Notes: generated by a model from the sequence alone, not told the origin. Shown: positions 1 through 10,549, numbered from the stretch's first letter. The stretch is 64,000 bases of DNA from Candidatus Latescibacterota bacterium (GCA_965197905.1 CBDAOB010000005.1:2112001-2176000); one strand, 5' to 3'. Made by a program: numbers and translations.

Positions 1-923
1 CCGACGAGCCCGCCCTTGTCAGCAACGGCCTTCATGGATTCATCGGTGATGTTGCGATCGCGACAGTAGCCGGGATGCACCGCCTTGCAGCCTACGTGGC
101 TGACGATAACCGGCTTTTCGGAGGCTTCGACCATCTCGAGCGTGGTTTGCTGCGGGCAGTGACTTGGGTCCACGATGATCCCCAGCTCGTTCATGCGCCG
201 CATAGCCTCGCGTCCCAGATCGGAGAGGCCCCGCTCGGGGTGCCACTGTCTGCCGCCGAGCTCATTGTCGAAGAGCATGGACCAGCGCACACCGAGACGG
301 TAGTACTCCTCCAGGTCGTCGAGGGCGCTGCTCGACTCGGGGCGCAGCGGGCCGGCGCTGTGCAGGTGGTAGAGGATGCCCCACTCTCCCTTGGCTTTGA
401 GTTTTTCCACCTGATCCATGCGTACGACGCGGTGCACAAAATCGACCTCGTCGAAGAAATAGTTGAAGCTGGCAAGTCCTTCGACGCCGCCCGAACCGGT
501 GGCAAAGAGGGTTTTGCCGGCGGCCTGCAGGAGGGCGTAATTGTCGGCCTGTAGATCGGCATCGGAGGCCATCGCCAGCGGCCGCAGCGCATCTGCTTCT
601 TCCATGATCTTGGCGACACGATGATGCTTCGCCGGAACCGAGTGCGTCGCAAAGACAATGGGCGGTGCGTCGGTCAGATCATCGTCCGCGGTTTCGGCCA
701 GGCACCGGCGCACGAGATCGTCCATCTCGGGCGTGTAACCGTGGCCGCGGCCACCGCCCAACAGATCGCAGACGATGGTGTTGCGGTGCAGGTCCAGGCC
801 GTGTTCTATCTCCCGTTCCGATGCCTGCAGTTCAGCCAGCACGGCTTCGCGGCAGCCGCGCAGGTAGGTGCGTACGCGTTCGCTCGAAGCCAACTCCTCG
901 GGATGGGTCAGCGCATCTTTCAT
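1..923 (-). CDS. Membrane dipeptidase (peptidase M19 family) paralog A, runs off the window start
   Basis: ATG at 923 reads MKDALTHPEEL; collinear without indels with 13160..14082 (+); carries DPSHC, VSHVG and RNITDE motifs. Confidence 0.85.
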   Translation of the reverse strand, partial: MKDALTHPEELASSERVRTYLRGCREAVLAELQASEREIEHGLDLHRNTIVCDLLGGGRGHGYTPEMDDLVRRCLAETADDDLTDAPPIVFATHSVPAKHHRVAKIMEEADALRPLAMASDADLQADNYALLQAAGKTLFATGSGGVEGLASFNYFFDEVDFVHRVVRMDQVEKLKAKGEWGILYHLHSAGPLRPESSSALDDLEEYYRLGVRWSMLFDNELGGRQWHPERGLSDLGREAMRRMNELGIIVDPSHCPQQTTLEMVEASEKPVIVSHVGCKAVHPGYCRDRNITDESMKAVADKGGLV

Positions 924-985
924 CTAATTCTCCTTCCTGATCGTAAGCTACGAATATTCTGCGTTTTGCCAAAAATATTGAACTT

Positions 986-995
986 TTGTCGACAA
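986..995. promoter_or_regulatory. Palindromic operator TTGTCGACAA (GntR/FadR type)
   Basis: Perfect palindrome, conserved in the duplicate at 13094..13103 although the flanks diverge; GntR gene at 14556. Confidence 0.55.
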
Positions 996-1041
996 TTAAT
1001 TGCGGCAGACACTCATAGCGCCGCGCGGCACCAGTTCGGGA

Positions 1042-2979
1042 TTACCATCCGTGGACACGGTGGCCGACGGTGGGAAACCAGATCATGTCCACCCCCGTAG
1101 ACAGGATCACACCCAGCACGTAGGCAAGTCCCATCCCGTAGAAAAAAGGTTTGCCCGCCTGATACGCCTTGGTCCCCCCGTAGTGCAACAGCGCCAGCTT
1201 CAGGATCCAGATCACGAGCAGATTGATCCAGTACAACCAGGTGGCGTAGATGTGCTGGAAGATCAACCCGATCGGGTGGATGGAAAACCAGTGGAAGCGT
1301 GCCCGCAGCAAGGTGATCACTCCAGCTTCGGTAAAACCTCCCAGCCAGACGGCCCATTTGCCCCAGTGGGGCGAGGTGTCGTGCTCGAGCAGATGAACGA
1401 TCGCGTTGTAGAGGCGGTTGGCGTTGCCGCCGTGCCCTTCTTCGTAGGCCAGATCGAGCGTTGCCCACACCGCTATGGGAAACCCAGCGAGGAAGGCGAC
1501 GATTACTGCCGTGCTCACCCACCCCGGCTGCCGCTTCAACGAGAAAATGCGCAGATGATGAGGTATCGCCGGCCAGGCCGGAATGCACAGGTTCCCAAAG
1601 AAAGCGGTGCTGGTGAATAGCCTGTAGGGAACCATCCTTTCGGGATGCACATAGACCGAGCCGATCAGGTCCAGAATAAATGAGGTGCCTTTCAAGTATT
1701 CGGGTCGAGGGTAGATGTAGGCGACGCCGCTGGCGGCGAGGAGTTTCACCGTGACGAAGAAGACCAGGGTCATCAGCACGAAGCTACCCGCAGCCATGGG
1801 CAAGCTAACCCCCAGATACATAGCCCAGCCGATCACGTAGATCGCCGAGAACAACATGCCGGCGACGGCCAGGCGATAGCGCAGTACCTCGGCCGCATCC
1901 CCAGCACCGCTGCGTACCTGGTGCCATACCTGGCGCAGATGGCGCCGTGCAATCCATATCGACCAGAGGCCGACGAAGATCATGGCGCCGTAGCTTTCGG
2001 TGTTGACGATTCGGTGCCGTTCGGTATACCAGTACTTGGAGAAACCCAGATCCGGGGCACCGAAATGGTCGATCAGCATCAATTTCGACTCGGCGATCCA
2101 ATGGAAAAGTACTAAGCTGCCCAGGATATCGACGGGGCACAGGTAGATCACCATGAGCATCAGCGGCATCACGCGGATAAACACCGCCGGCCACCCATCA
2201 GCTACTTGATGGATGGAGTAGGTCCAGAACAGGTCGAAGGAGACCAGCCCCGGGGTGAAGTAGGTAACGATATTGTAGAGCTGGGGCGCGAACACGATGC
2301 CGAAGCCGATCCAGAACAGCCGCTTGTAAAAGAGATCGGGCAGCCGACGCCGGCCATCGAATCCTCGGGTCACGTCCAGGGACAGCTGGGCCAGTGGAAA
2401 GGTGAGCTTTTCCGATCCCTCCCACTGTTGCTGGAACACCACCAGTAGACAGTAACCGAAAACGAGCACGGCAACCGACACCCCCAGCCAATCGAGGATC
2501 GGTCCGAGCCAGCCATCCCAGGGAATCGACATGCCCTGGGGCTGGCCGTACCAGAAGTAGTCGATTACGCTGGCGGTGGTGGGTGGCAGGGCATGCCAGG
2601 GCATGTAGTCGAAGAAGTCGGCCCATCTGTTTTCAGGCGCGGCAAAGTGGGTGGGCGCGGCAAGGGCAGAAGTCCAGGCATTGATCCAGACCGGGATCGT
2701 GGCCACCACCCAGGTCATGGAAAAGAGGGTGAGCAGCTCGCCCCGGGTGAGGGCGATTCGCGGCCACAACGCCTTGAGGACCAGGTTCGTCACCAGCCAC
2801 AAGGCGAACGGCATGAAGGCGGCCATCGGGTACTGCGCGTGCACGTAGGTTCCCGAGCCCTGGCGCTGGGCGATCTGGATGATGTAGTAGAACATCGCCG
2901 CAATAGTCAGAACGCCCAGTATTACGGCGCGCGGCGTAATGAGCGGTGCGGAGTGGTCGGATTCTTCCGGCGGGGTCAT
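1042..2979 (-). CDS. DUF6785/DUF6784 family polytopic membrane protein (putative peptide/oligomer transporter)
   Basis: 645 aa with many TM segments; motifs QWEGSEKLTFPL and WFSIHPIG. Confidence 0.75.
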   Translation of the reverse strand: MTPPEESDHSAPLITPRAVILGVLTIAAMFYYIIQIAQRQGSGTYVHAQYPMAAFMPFALWLVTNLVLKALWPRIALTRGELLTLFSMTWVVATIPVWINAWTSALAAPTHFAAPENRWADFFDYMPWHALPPTTASVIDYFWYGQPQGMSIPWDGWLGPILDWLGVSVAVLVFGYCLLVVFQQQWEGSEKLTFPLAQLSLDVTRGFDGRRRLPDLFYKRLFWIGFGIVFAPQLYNIVTYFTPGLVSFDLFWTYSIHQVADGWPAVFIRVMPLMLMVIYLCPVDILGSLVLFHWIAESKLMLIDHFGAPDLGFSKYWYTERHRIVNTESYGAMIFVGLWSIWIARRHLRQVWHQVRSGAGDAAEVLRYRLAVAGMLFSAIYVIGWAMYLGVSLPMAAGSFVLMTLVFFVTVKLLAASGVAYIYPRPEYLKGTSFILDLIGSVYVHPERMVPYRLFTSTAFFGNLCIPAWPAIPHHLRIFSLKRQPGWVSTAVIVAFLAGFPIAVWATLDLAYEEGHGGNANRLYNAIVHLLEHDTSPHWGKWAVWLGGFTEAGVITLLRARFHWFSIHPIGLIFQHIYATWLYWINLLVIWILKLALLHYGGTKAYQAGKPFFYGMGLAYVLGVILSTGVDMIWFPTVGHRVHGW

Positions 2980-3043
2980 CTGACTTTTGGGTGGCGGGCG
3001 AACGGCGACCGGAGGTGTGTCCCCTCTGGCGTGCGCTAGGAAG

Positions 3044-5260
3044 CTATTTATCTAACTCCAGCAGCACTACCTCATGCAGTTCCAGTTCGGGCAGTACCAC
3101 CGTGTCCGGCTTGTGGGTGACTTCCAGGGTTCTGTCCTGTAGCGGCAGTCGGGCTCCCTTCAGCTCAAAGCCGTGGAACTGCATTGCGATGTCGCGAATG
3201 GGGTTCAGCTCGTGCAGGTAGAAGTAGGATTTCAGGTCGCGATTGTAGCTTTCCTTGTCCTCTATGCGCCACGGCAGAACCGGGGTGGGATTGTTTACCA
3301 GGTGGACCATCAATTCGTTAGATCCGCGGAAGGCCGCGGTCACCTCGACAGCTTCAGGCGCATGAAAGGTGATGGGCGGCTGGGTTCGCTCTACTAGACC
3401 GGCGACAAACCTTCGGAGCAGAGGGTACGGTTGGTTCATGTAGGCGCCGCCCAGATCGGCGCCGATGTAGATGGCCTGGCCCTTGCCATAAGGGTGCAAC
3501 ACCACCGCGGGCTCTCCCGTATCGGGATTCGCGTCTGGCTCGAATTCCGCCAGGAGTTTTTCTGGCTCGATGCGGGCGCGAGTGCACAGTATCTGCAGCT
3601 CGGCATCGGGTCTGAGGGACACGGCCGACTCCTTGCCGTAGAGGCAGAGTATCCTCACTGCGTCCGGAAGCGGATGTTCCAGGGGAGATACGTAGAAGAT
3701 GGTATGGTCCTCATCTCCATCTGCGGACCCCTGGTAGTCCACGCCGAAAAGTTCGGCCAACGCGAAATTATCCCGCGGCTGTCCCCACTCGTCCAGCAGC
3801 GAGGTCTGGTGGGTGGCGATGAGGGTGCCGCCCGCCTGGACGAACTGGCTCAGTTCCAGGCACTGCGCTGCGGAAAGGCAGGCGCTGTTGGAGAGGAAGA
3901 GCACGGAGTACCTGGAGAGCTGGTCCCGGGTGAGATGTTCGTCGAAGACGATATCCAGCAGCAGATGAGAGCGATTGAGGATCTCGTAGGCACCATTGAC
4001 GTCTAGCTGTCCCATTTGAAAATAGCTGCCATCGAAGGTGGAATTCCTGGGGATTTCCGAAGGGCGGAAGTCGCGATTCTGCTGGGATAGGTGCAGACCC
4101 AGGTACTTGACGGTCTCGCCCTCGATGTAGTCGCGGCGCTTCTTGAACTGGGCGAAGACCCCTTTCATCATCTCTTTCTGGAGTTCGGGAGGATCGCCGA
4201 AGGGATCGCCGCAGGGCTGCGAGCCATTGGCAATAGCGATGCAACCAAAAACGGCGGGTGAGTAGGGTTCGCGGCGAGACATGGCGCGCTCGAACCCGGG
4301 GAGGACCTGCTCGAGATTGCGAAAGAGGCCAAAGGGGGTGCCGGTGGCGCGCATAATCTTGGCGACCAGACCCGGTTCCCGCAGCGAGCGGAAGGTCTCG
4401 GTGAAGAAAAGGGCGCCGGAATCCTCCAGATGGAGAGACGCCACCGGATGGGTGGATGACCAGGTGGTGTCGGGCCGGTAGTAGCTGTTGAAATCGAGGA
4501 TGGTGTGGGCATGTCTCTCCCTGACCCGGCGCGCGATGTAATTCAGAAATTCCGCCACGTTTTTATAGCGCCAGTTGATGGACTGCCGGAACTCCGTGGA
4601 GTCGAAATCCACCTTGTGAGGTAGTTGCAGGCCGGTTTCGTCGCGAAAGAGTTTTTCGCAGCGAGGGCAGCAACAGGCGGGCCGCAGGGGGCGCTCGTCG
4701 CCGATGCCCGGGCGGGTGCCGTCGAAGTAGAAGCCGTCCACATCCAGGTTGTCGAGACATTCGATCATGTGGTCGGCGGTCCAGTCGCGGTAGGGAGAGT
4801 TCAAACAGGGCCAGCCGATGTTTTCTATGGGCGGTCTGCCGTCGTCCAGGGACACGCACATCCAATCGGGATGGAGTCGTTTGAGGGGCAGACGGGTGCG
4901 GATGCCCCAGTAGCCCAGCACCAGCATCCCCTTCTGGTGCGCCAGTTCCAGAAAGAAAGGCAGGGGATCATGGGCAAGATTGGGATGGGGCGGGAGCATC
5001 TTTGACGGGAAGCGCGGCGTGCCCCGGTTTTCCACTATCTGCACCACCTGCACCTCGAAACCCATCTCGCTGGCCAGTTCCGCGTAGTCGCGAACGGCTT
5101 GCTCGCGGTCGCTGTCCCGAGCGGGCGGTGGTGGCTCGTTCAAACATCGGCGATAGTGCTCCATGCGGCACACGCGCTTGCTGTAGGGTAACTCCTCGAG
5201 GCGCTGAGCGGTGGAGCCTGTCTTCACTGTACCGGACGGCCTTTCTTCAGTCGGGTTCAT
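3044..5260 (-). CDS. GHL6/GH42-like glycoside hydrolase with beta-galactosidase trimerization domain
   Basis: 738 aa; HPDW, CLNSPYR, DGFYFD, CCCPRC; trimerization-type motif FVQAGGTLIAT...TSLLDEWG. Confidence 0.75.
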   Translation of the reverse strand: MNPTEERPSGTVKTGSTAQRLEELPYSKRVCRMEHYRRCLNEPPPPARDSDREQAVRDYAELASEMGFEVQVVQIVENRGTPRFPSKMLPPHPNLAHDPLPFFLELAHQKGMLVLGYWGIRTRLPLKRLHPDWMCVSLDDGRPPIENIGWPCLNSPYRDWTADHMIECLDNLDVDGFYFDGTRPGIGDERPLRPACCCPRCEKLFRDETGLQLPHKVDFDSTEFRQSINWRYKNVAEFLNYIARRVRERHAHTILDFNSYYRPDTTWSSTHPVASLHLEDSGALFFTETFRSLREPGLVAKIMRATGTPFGLFRNLEQVLPGFERAMSRREPYSPAVFGCIAIANGSQPCGDPFGDPPELQKEMMKGVFAQFKKRRDYIEGETVKYLGLHLSQQNRDFRPSEIPRNSTFDGSYFQMGQLDVNGAYEILNRSHLLLDIVFDEHLTRDQLSRYSVLFLSNSACLSAAQCLELSQFVQAGGTLIATHQTSLLDEWGQPRDNFALAELFGVDYQGSADGDEDHTIFYVSPLEHPLPDAVRILCLYGKESAVSLRPDAELQILCTRARIEPEKLLAEFEPDANPDTGEPAVVLHPYGKGQAIYIGADLGGAYMNQPYPLLRRFVAGLVERTQPPITFHAPEAVEVTAAFRGSNELMVHLVNNPTPVLPWRIEDKESYNRDLKSYFYLHELNPIRDIAMQFHGFELKGARLPLQDRTLEVTHKPDTVVLPELELHEVVLLELDK

Positions 5261-7446
5261 CTGTCTACCTCCAACAGCAGCACCTCGTGCAGCTCTACCT
5301 CCGGAACAACGACGGTGGCGGGAACGCCGGTCACCTGCAGCGATTGCTCCCGCAGGGGCAGTCTGGCAGCCTTCACCTCGAAGCCATCGACGCGTACCTC
5401 CACGTCGTAGATCGAATTGACCTCGCGCAGTGCGTGAAAGGAGGTCATATCCTCATCGTATCTCTGGCGATCGACGACGCGCCAGGGCAACAACGGGGTG
5501 GGGTTGTTCAACAGGTGGACCATCATCTCGCGGGGTCCGCGCCAGGCGGCCGTCGCCTCGATCGCCTCGGGGGCTTGGAAGGCGACAGGCGGCTGCGTGC
5601 GCGCGACCAGGTGGGCGACAAACCGTCTGAGTAACGGGTAAGGGCTGCTCATGAAGGCGCCGCCGACGTCAGCTGCCAGGTAGATGGCCCGGCCCTGTCC
5701 ATACTCGTGCAATACAACCACGGTCCCGCCTGAGTCGTGGTTTTTCTCGGGGTGGAAATCCCTCACCGAGTCCTCGCCCTCGAGGCTGCTGCGGGTGCAC
5801 AATACCTGCACCTCTCGGTCGTTTCGCAGGGATACCTGCGTCTCCTTGCCGTAGAAGCAGATGAGCGGCCCGAAGAGGCGCTGCAGTTCCGCTTCCTGCT
5901 GCAGGTAGGTAACGCCGCGATCGTCTCCATCGTGACGCGGGCCCTGGTAGTCCACGCCGAAGAGCGCGGCCAGCGCGAAGTTGCCCCGCTGTTGCCCCCA
6001 TTCGTCCAGCACGGACGTCTCGTGGGTGGCAACGAGGGTACCACCCTCGCGCACATAGTCGGTCAATAACGCGCACTGTCCGTCGGAGAGGCAGGCGGAG
6101 TTGGACAGAAAAAGCACCGGATATTGGGACAGGTACTCATGGGTCAGATGTTCGTCGAAGACGAGATCGAGCAGCAGATGGGAGCGGTTGAGAATCTCGT
6201 AGGCGCCGTAGGCGTCCACCATGCCGATCTCGTGGAAGTTCGTCTTGCCGGTGTTCTTGGGGATCTCCGAGGGGCGGAAGTCCCGGTTCTGCTGGGAGTA
6301 GTGCAGTCCCACATATTTCACCGTCTCGCCCTCGATGTAGTCGCTGCGCTTCTTGAACTCGCCGAAGACCTCTGTCATGACCTCCGTCTGCAACCAGTGG
6401 GGCGGGCCGAACGGGTTGCCGCAGATGGTGCCGCCGTTGGCCAGGGCGGCAAATCCGGCGATGGAAGATGAGCAGGGCTCGGCATTCATGAAGCTGCGAT
6501 GCTCCTGACCCCGCCAAACAGAGAACGGGGTGCCGGTGGCGCGCAGCAGCTTGGCTTCGAAGCCGGGCTCGCGCAGTGAACGAAAGGTCTCTACCATGAG
6601 GTGCCCGCCCACATCCTTGAAGGGGAGGGGGTTCAACGGATGGGCGTCGGACCAGTCCGAAGAAGGGCGATTGTAGAAGTTCATGTCCATAATGGCGGCG
6701 GGATGTTTCTCCGAAACCCTGCCGAAAACGTGGCGCACGAATTCCCGGTACTTGTGGTAGCGCCAGTTGACGAAGCGCTTGAAGTCGATGGAATCGAAAT
6801 CCACCTTCGCCGGGATCTGCCGACCGGTTTCTCTGCAGTAGAGTTGCTCGCAGTAAGAGCAGCAGCAAGCGGGATAGTGGGGCCTGTTGTAGTGGGAGCC
6901 CCAATTGCTCGGGCTTATGTAAAAGCCGTCCAAGTCCAGGTGGTCCAGGTGTTCGATAAAATGCTCGGGCAACCAGTCGCGAAACGGCGAGCTGAAGCAG
7001 AACCAACCCATCTCCAAAACTTCAGGGGGGTCTCCCATCGGCGCATCGCCGGTGTCGAGGAACTTCATCTGCCACTCGGGATGGATCTCCCTGAGGGGGG
7101 CACAGCGATTCAGGGGGACGTAGTAGAGTGCCAGGATCTCCCTTCTGTGCACCAGCTCTAAAAAAAAGGGCAGGCGGTCCCGATCGAGATCCGGGTGGGG
7201 AGGAAGCATCTTGGAGCGGAAGCGCGGCCTCTGCTGGCCCACTTCTCCTATGACGCACACCTCCACACCCACCTGGTGGGCCCAATCCACCCACTTCTCG
7301 AAATTGGCGTCGGGAACTGATGGGTCCAGAAGTTCCCTGCTTGGCGAGGCTTCCAGACGGCAGGTCCGCTGGGCGTAGGGTCTCCAACCCTGTTCCGTGG
7401 ACGTGTTCATTCCCAGAGCATCCTGTTGCTCGGCATCGGTGTTCAT
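5257..7446 (-). CDS. GHL6/GH42-like glycoside hydrolase paralog
   Basis: Likely ATG at 7446 (MNTDAEQQ, 729 aa); tandem paralog sharing SQQNRDFRPSEIP and CCCxxC; 4-nt overlap with the next gene. Confidence 0.75.
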   Translation of the reverse strand: MNTDAEQQDALGMNTSTEQGWRPYAQRTCRLEASPSRELLDPSVPDANFEKWVDWAHQVGVEVCVIGEVGQQRPRFRSKMLPPHPDLDRDRLPFFLELVHRREILALYYVPLNRCAPLREIHPEWQMKFLDTGDAPMGDPPEVLEMGWFCFSSPFRDWLPEHFIEHLDHLDLDGFYISPSNWGSHYNRPHYPACCCSYCEQLYCRETGRQIPAKVDFDSIDFKRFVNWRYHKYREFVRHVFGRVSEKHPAAIMDMNFYNRPSSDWSDAHPLNPLPFKDVGGHLMVETFRSLREPGFEAKLLRATGTPFSVWRGQEHRSFMNAEPCSSSIAGFAALANGGTICGNPFGPPHWLQTEVMTEVFGEFKKRSDYIEGETVKYVGLHYSQQNRDFRPSEIPKNTGKTNFHEIGMVDAYGAYEILNRSHLLLDLVFDEHLTHEYLSQYPVLFLSNSACLSDGQCALLTDYVREGGTLVATHETSVLDEWGQQRGNFALAALFGVDYQGPRHDGDDRGVTYLQQEAELQRLFGPLICFYGKETQVSLRNDREVQVLCTRSSLEGEDSVRDFHPEKNHDSGGTVVVLHEYGQGRAIYLAADVGGAFMSSPYPLLRRFVAHLVARTQPPVAFQAPEAIEATAAWRGPREMMVHLLNNPTPLLPWRVVDRQRYDEDMTSFHALREVNSIYDVEVRVDGFEVKAARLPLREQSLQVTGVPATVVVPEVELHEVLLLEVDR

Positions 7447-7498
7447 GGGTTGTTCCGTTGCATTTAGGGTTAGAGCGCAGATACACACGTGATTCGCA

Positions 7499-10483
7499 TC
7501 AGATCGCCCGTCCGAACTCGGTGAAACCGATCAGAGCCCGCACGAAGAACCCCCAGGCGTCGATGTTGCGCAGGCGCTGGAAACGATCCTCGAAGTCGCG
7601 CTTGTTCTTGGTGACGCCGACGATGGTAATCAGCTCGTAGCCGAAATATCCCGAGCGATTGGTGAGGGTGATGAAGGCGGTCCGCTGCTCGAAGTCGTCC
7701 CGGGAGCTGGCCCGGTCCGCCCGCCGGTACGGCAGCGGCCCCAGGCCCTGAAAGCCGGCTCGTAAAGCAGTGCGCGAGAGCAGGGGATACTCAAGGCGCA
7801 GAATCGGTATCGAGCGGATCTCTTCGCGCAGGGTCTGGCCGGCCTCCTGGTCGGCGACTCGGAACAGCATGAGCTTGTACTGCGGGACCACCCTCAGCTT
7901 GCCCCAGTGATAGGTGTAGTCCGCGCGACTGACCCAGGTGAAAAGGTCGAGTCGGCGCTCGCGCTGGAAAATCCCCGGCCACAGCTTGCCGCCCCGTTGC
8001 CAGTTGAAGCGCAGGCGCATCTTCTGCACCACGTTGAGAGTGGAGCCGGGATGGAGGTGGGTTTCCAGGTAGGTCTCGTTGACCAAGCTGTCGCGGTATT
8101 CCAGCAGGTCGTCTTTAATGCTGCTGAAGAAGATGGGCGGTTTGTTGGTCAGGTAAAACTCCGGTTGATTTCCCCCCCACAGGCCGCGACCAGCTGAATT
8201 GAAATGCAGATGCCGCACCGGCGTCTCATCCAGCACGACAAACTCGTCGGGGATATCGTCCTGGACGCGACGGAGGTTGTTCTCGAAGAAGATCCGGCGC
8301 AGGCGCTGGAGCCCCGTTCGCTCGTAGGTCAGCAGGGCGTAGGTGGACTCGTTTCGACCCGTTCCGGCGATCTGCTCGGTGGCGTAGCGTCCCGCGGCTA
8401 GGGACCATCGGGGTGTCAGGTCCCACTGGCCGAAGAGGTGGAAGCCGCGCTGGTCGTGGTCGTAGGGGTAGTCCTCCTCGGCATCATCTTCGCGACGGTC
8501 CGGCTCGTTGTTGTTGTTGCGGTCGAGGCCGTAGACATACCGGTTGGGCTCCACGTCGTACATCAAAAACGGCTCCTCGTAGTCGGGATTGCCATCACCG
8601 TCCCGGTTGGTCTCGGGAAAACCGTCGTTGTCCAGGTCCTGGCCCAGCGCCACACCGTCGGTGTCGCCGTCCAGGTTGTCGGGATTGGCGGTGGGCAGGT
8701 TGCCCATGCGCCGGTCCGGATAGCCGTCGCCGTCGTCGTTGTCCTGCACCAGCTCCCAGTAGACCGTGTCGTTGATCATCAGCTGCAGGTGGGTCTGGCC
8801 CAGGCTTACTTCCCACGGTACGTAAGTGCGCATGTCCGTGGTGAAGTCCGGGTTGATGGCAAAGTACTCGCCGCCAATGCGGCCGCGGCCGAACCAGCGC
8901 GTGGCATTGACGAAGTAGGCGCCACCGCGGTGGGCGAAGCGCGGGCTCTCGTCGAAGATGGGCGTGCCTTCCATCTGGGCCGGATAGCGGCCGTAGCGCG
9001 CCGAGCGCGCGTACTCGGCGTTGATCTCAAGGCCCGCCATGGCGAACGTGGCGTCGGCGCCGTACGTGAAGAGCGCCGTATCCTCGCCGATGTCGAGGTG
9101 CAGCCGCTTGAGGTTGCTCAGGTCTTGCACGTTGCCCCTGGCGCGCCGCAGGGTCCGGTAGAAGCTGCTCTGAAACTGCTGGAAGTAGCTGCCGGTAGGT
9201 TTCTTCCGAAGCAGCTGGGCGACGTCGACCCGGTAATCGCCGCCCACCACGGCCTCCACCGCCACCGACTCCACGCGAGGCTCCTGCGACAGGTCGAACA
9301 GGACGACCACCTGCTTGTCTCCGTCGGCGCGGACGGTCTCTCCGGACCCAACCAGGGAGATATGGGTCAGTAGCCCCTCCACGTTGGTGTCCCGGGTGAT
9401 ATCGATGCCGGCCTCGTGGTCGATGCGATAGAGGTAGTCGGCGTAGAACGGGACTTCGGAGCGCCCCCTGTAGAAACGAGTGGTCTTGCCGAAGCTGGCG
9501 GTGACCGTCGACAAGGGCTTTGGCGCCGGTTCGTTGTAGACGATGGGGGTGAATTGGCCGGTGCGCTGGGAGACGCTCCCCACCTGCGTGTTGAACCCGG
9601 CGCCGTGCTGCAATACGTGGGGCGGCAGGTCCGGCCGCAGTTCGCCGTTGAGGACGAGCTGCACCTCCTGCAGCACGGCGCCCGCCATGCCGTCGGCGGG
9701 GGAGTCGTCGGTAAAACGCACGATAATCCACTCGGTGAGGGGCAGGTTGGACCGCAGCCTGCCCTTGAGGCTGTTGCCCGGCTGGGTGCTGTTGTAGACG
9801 TGCAGGTTGGTCCAGTTGAGGCCCAGCTGCAGCCCGCCGAGTTCCGCCAGCGCGCGGCCGCCCAGAAGCAGAGTGGAGTCCACGGCAAAATGTTCGTGCT
9901 CGGAGGCCCAGGGCCCGTCTGTTTCCGTAAATATCTTGGGCCGCTCGATGCGGGATCCCAGGGCCGTGAGGCGCAGATGAGGGAGGGCCAGATCCAGCCG
10001 CGCGCCGTTGAGGTCCACCTTTGAAAGGGTCAAGGGGCTGAAGTGGGCGCGCAGCCCGTCGCCCACTATGAAGCTGTAAGCCCATGTGCCGTAGCCGTCG
10101 CGGCCCACGACCGTGCTGTCGAAAGCGGGGATCCACGGCCCCCGAGCCTGCAGACTTTGTCCGGAGTGCTTGAAGATGCTACTGCCCCATGTCTGCCCGG
10201 GCAGGCGCGTCTCGCTCCACTCGTAGAGCGCGTAGCCGGTCATCAGATAGTCCCCCAGCGCGTTGTAGTGGGCCCAGGGGGTGTCTTCGTAAGGGAAGAC
10301 GAGGTTGGGATAGTTGGTGTAGGTCCGGATGGCGTAGTTGGTGTACGCCGGTCGCTCCCAGCGAAGGACGGGTCGGGCGGATGCTATCTGAGACGGGCCC
10401 AACTGGCGCACGGCGTCCCGGCTCTGGACTGCGCTCGGCCCTGCGACCAGGAGCAGGAGGAGGCAGCTGATCAGCGATATCAT
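7499..10483 (-). CDS. Large exported hypothetical protein, probable outer-membrane beta-barrel with Asp-rich Ca-binding loop
   Basis: 994 aa; signal peptide; DNDDGDGYPD and DLDNDGFPE repeats; amphipathic beta-strand pattern in the C-terminal part. Confidence 0.7.
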   Translation of the reverse strand: MISLISCLLLLLVAGPSAVQSRDAVRQLGPSQIASARPVLRWERPAYTNYAIRTYTNYPNLVFPYEDTPWAHYNALGDYLMTGYALYEWSETRLPGQTWGSSIFKHSGQSLQARGPWIPAFDSTVVGRDGYGTWAYSFIVGDGLRAHFSPLTLSKVDLNGARLDLALPHLRLTALGSRIERPKIFTETDGPWASEHEHFAVDSTLLLGGRALAELGGLQLGLNWTNLHVYNSTQPGNSLKGRLRSNLPLTEWIIVRFTDDSPADGMAGAVLQEVQLVLNGELRPDLPPHVLQHGAGFNTQVGSVSQRTGQFTPIVYNEPAPKPLSTVTASFGKTTRFYRGRSEVPFYADYLYRIDHEAGIDITRDTNVEGLLTHISLVGSGETVRADGDKQVVVLFDLSQEPRVESVAVEAVVGGDYRVDVAQLLRKKPTGSYFQQFQSSFYRTLRRARGNVQDLSNLKRLHLDIGEDTALFTYGADATFAMAGLEINAEYARSARYGRYPAQMEGTPIFDESPRFAHRGGAYFVNATRWFGRGRIGGEYFAINPDFTTDMRTYVPWEVSLGQTHLQLMINDTVYWELVQDNDDGDGYPDRRMGNLPTANPDNLDGDTDGVALGQDLDNDGFPETNRDGDGNPDYEEPFLMYDVEPNRYVYGLDRNNNNEPDRREDDAEEDYPYDHDQRGFHLFGQWDLTPRWSLAAGRYATEQIAGTGRNESTYALLTYERTGLQRLRRIFFENNLRRVQDDIPDEFVVLDETPVRHLHFNSAGRGLWGGNQPEFYLTNKPPIFFSSIKDDLLEYRDSLVNETYLETHLHPGSTLNVVQKMRLRFNWQRGGKLWPGIFQRERRLDLFTWVSRADYTYHWGKLRVVPQYKLMLFRVADQEAGQTLREEIRSIPILRLEYPLLSRTALRAGFQGLGPLPYRRADRASSRDDFEQRTAFITLTNRSGYFGYELITIVGVTKNKRDFEDRFQRLRNIDAWGFFVRALIGFTEFGRAI

Positions 10484-10503
10484 CCGCGACGCTTGCTCGG
10501 GGT

Positions 10504-10549
10504 AAAAACAGATTCAGGGGCAGATCCGGACATCCACCCCTGAGTCCTG
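10504..10549 (-). terminator. Putative intrinsic terminator/attenuator between the CTD gene and the 994-aa gene
   Basis: Minus strand CAGGACTCAGGGG...CCCCTGAATCTG stem followed by TTTTT. Confidence 0.5.

Larger units (their letters stand above)
1..1167. repeat. Left arm of diverged inverted duplication (partner 12932..14082)
   Basis: Reverse complement aligns with 12932..14082: DUF6785 3' end, intergenic region and dipeptidase. Confidence 0.9.

Noticed and set aside
7160..7167. A8 homopolymer as a phase-variation switch
   Set aside because: In frame, short, and encodes a conserved PFFLEL motif
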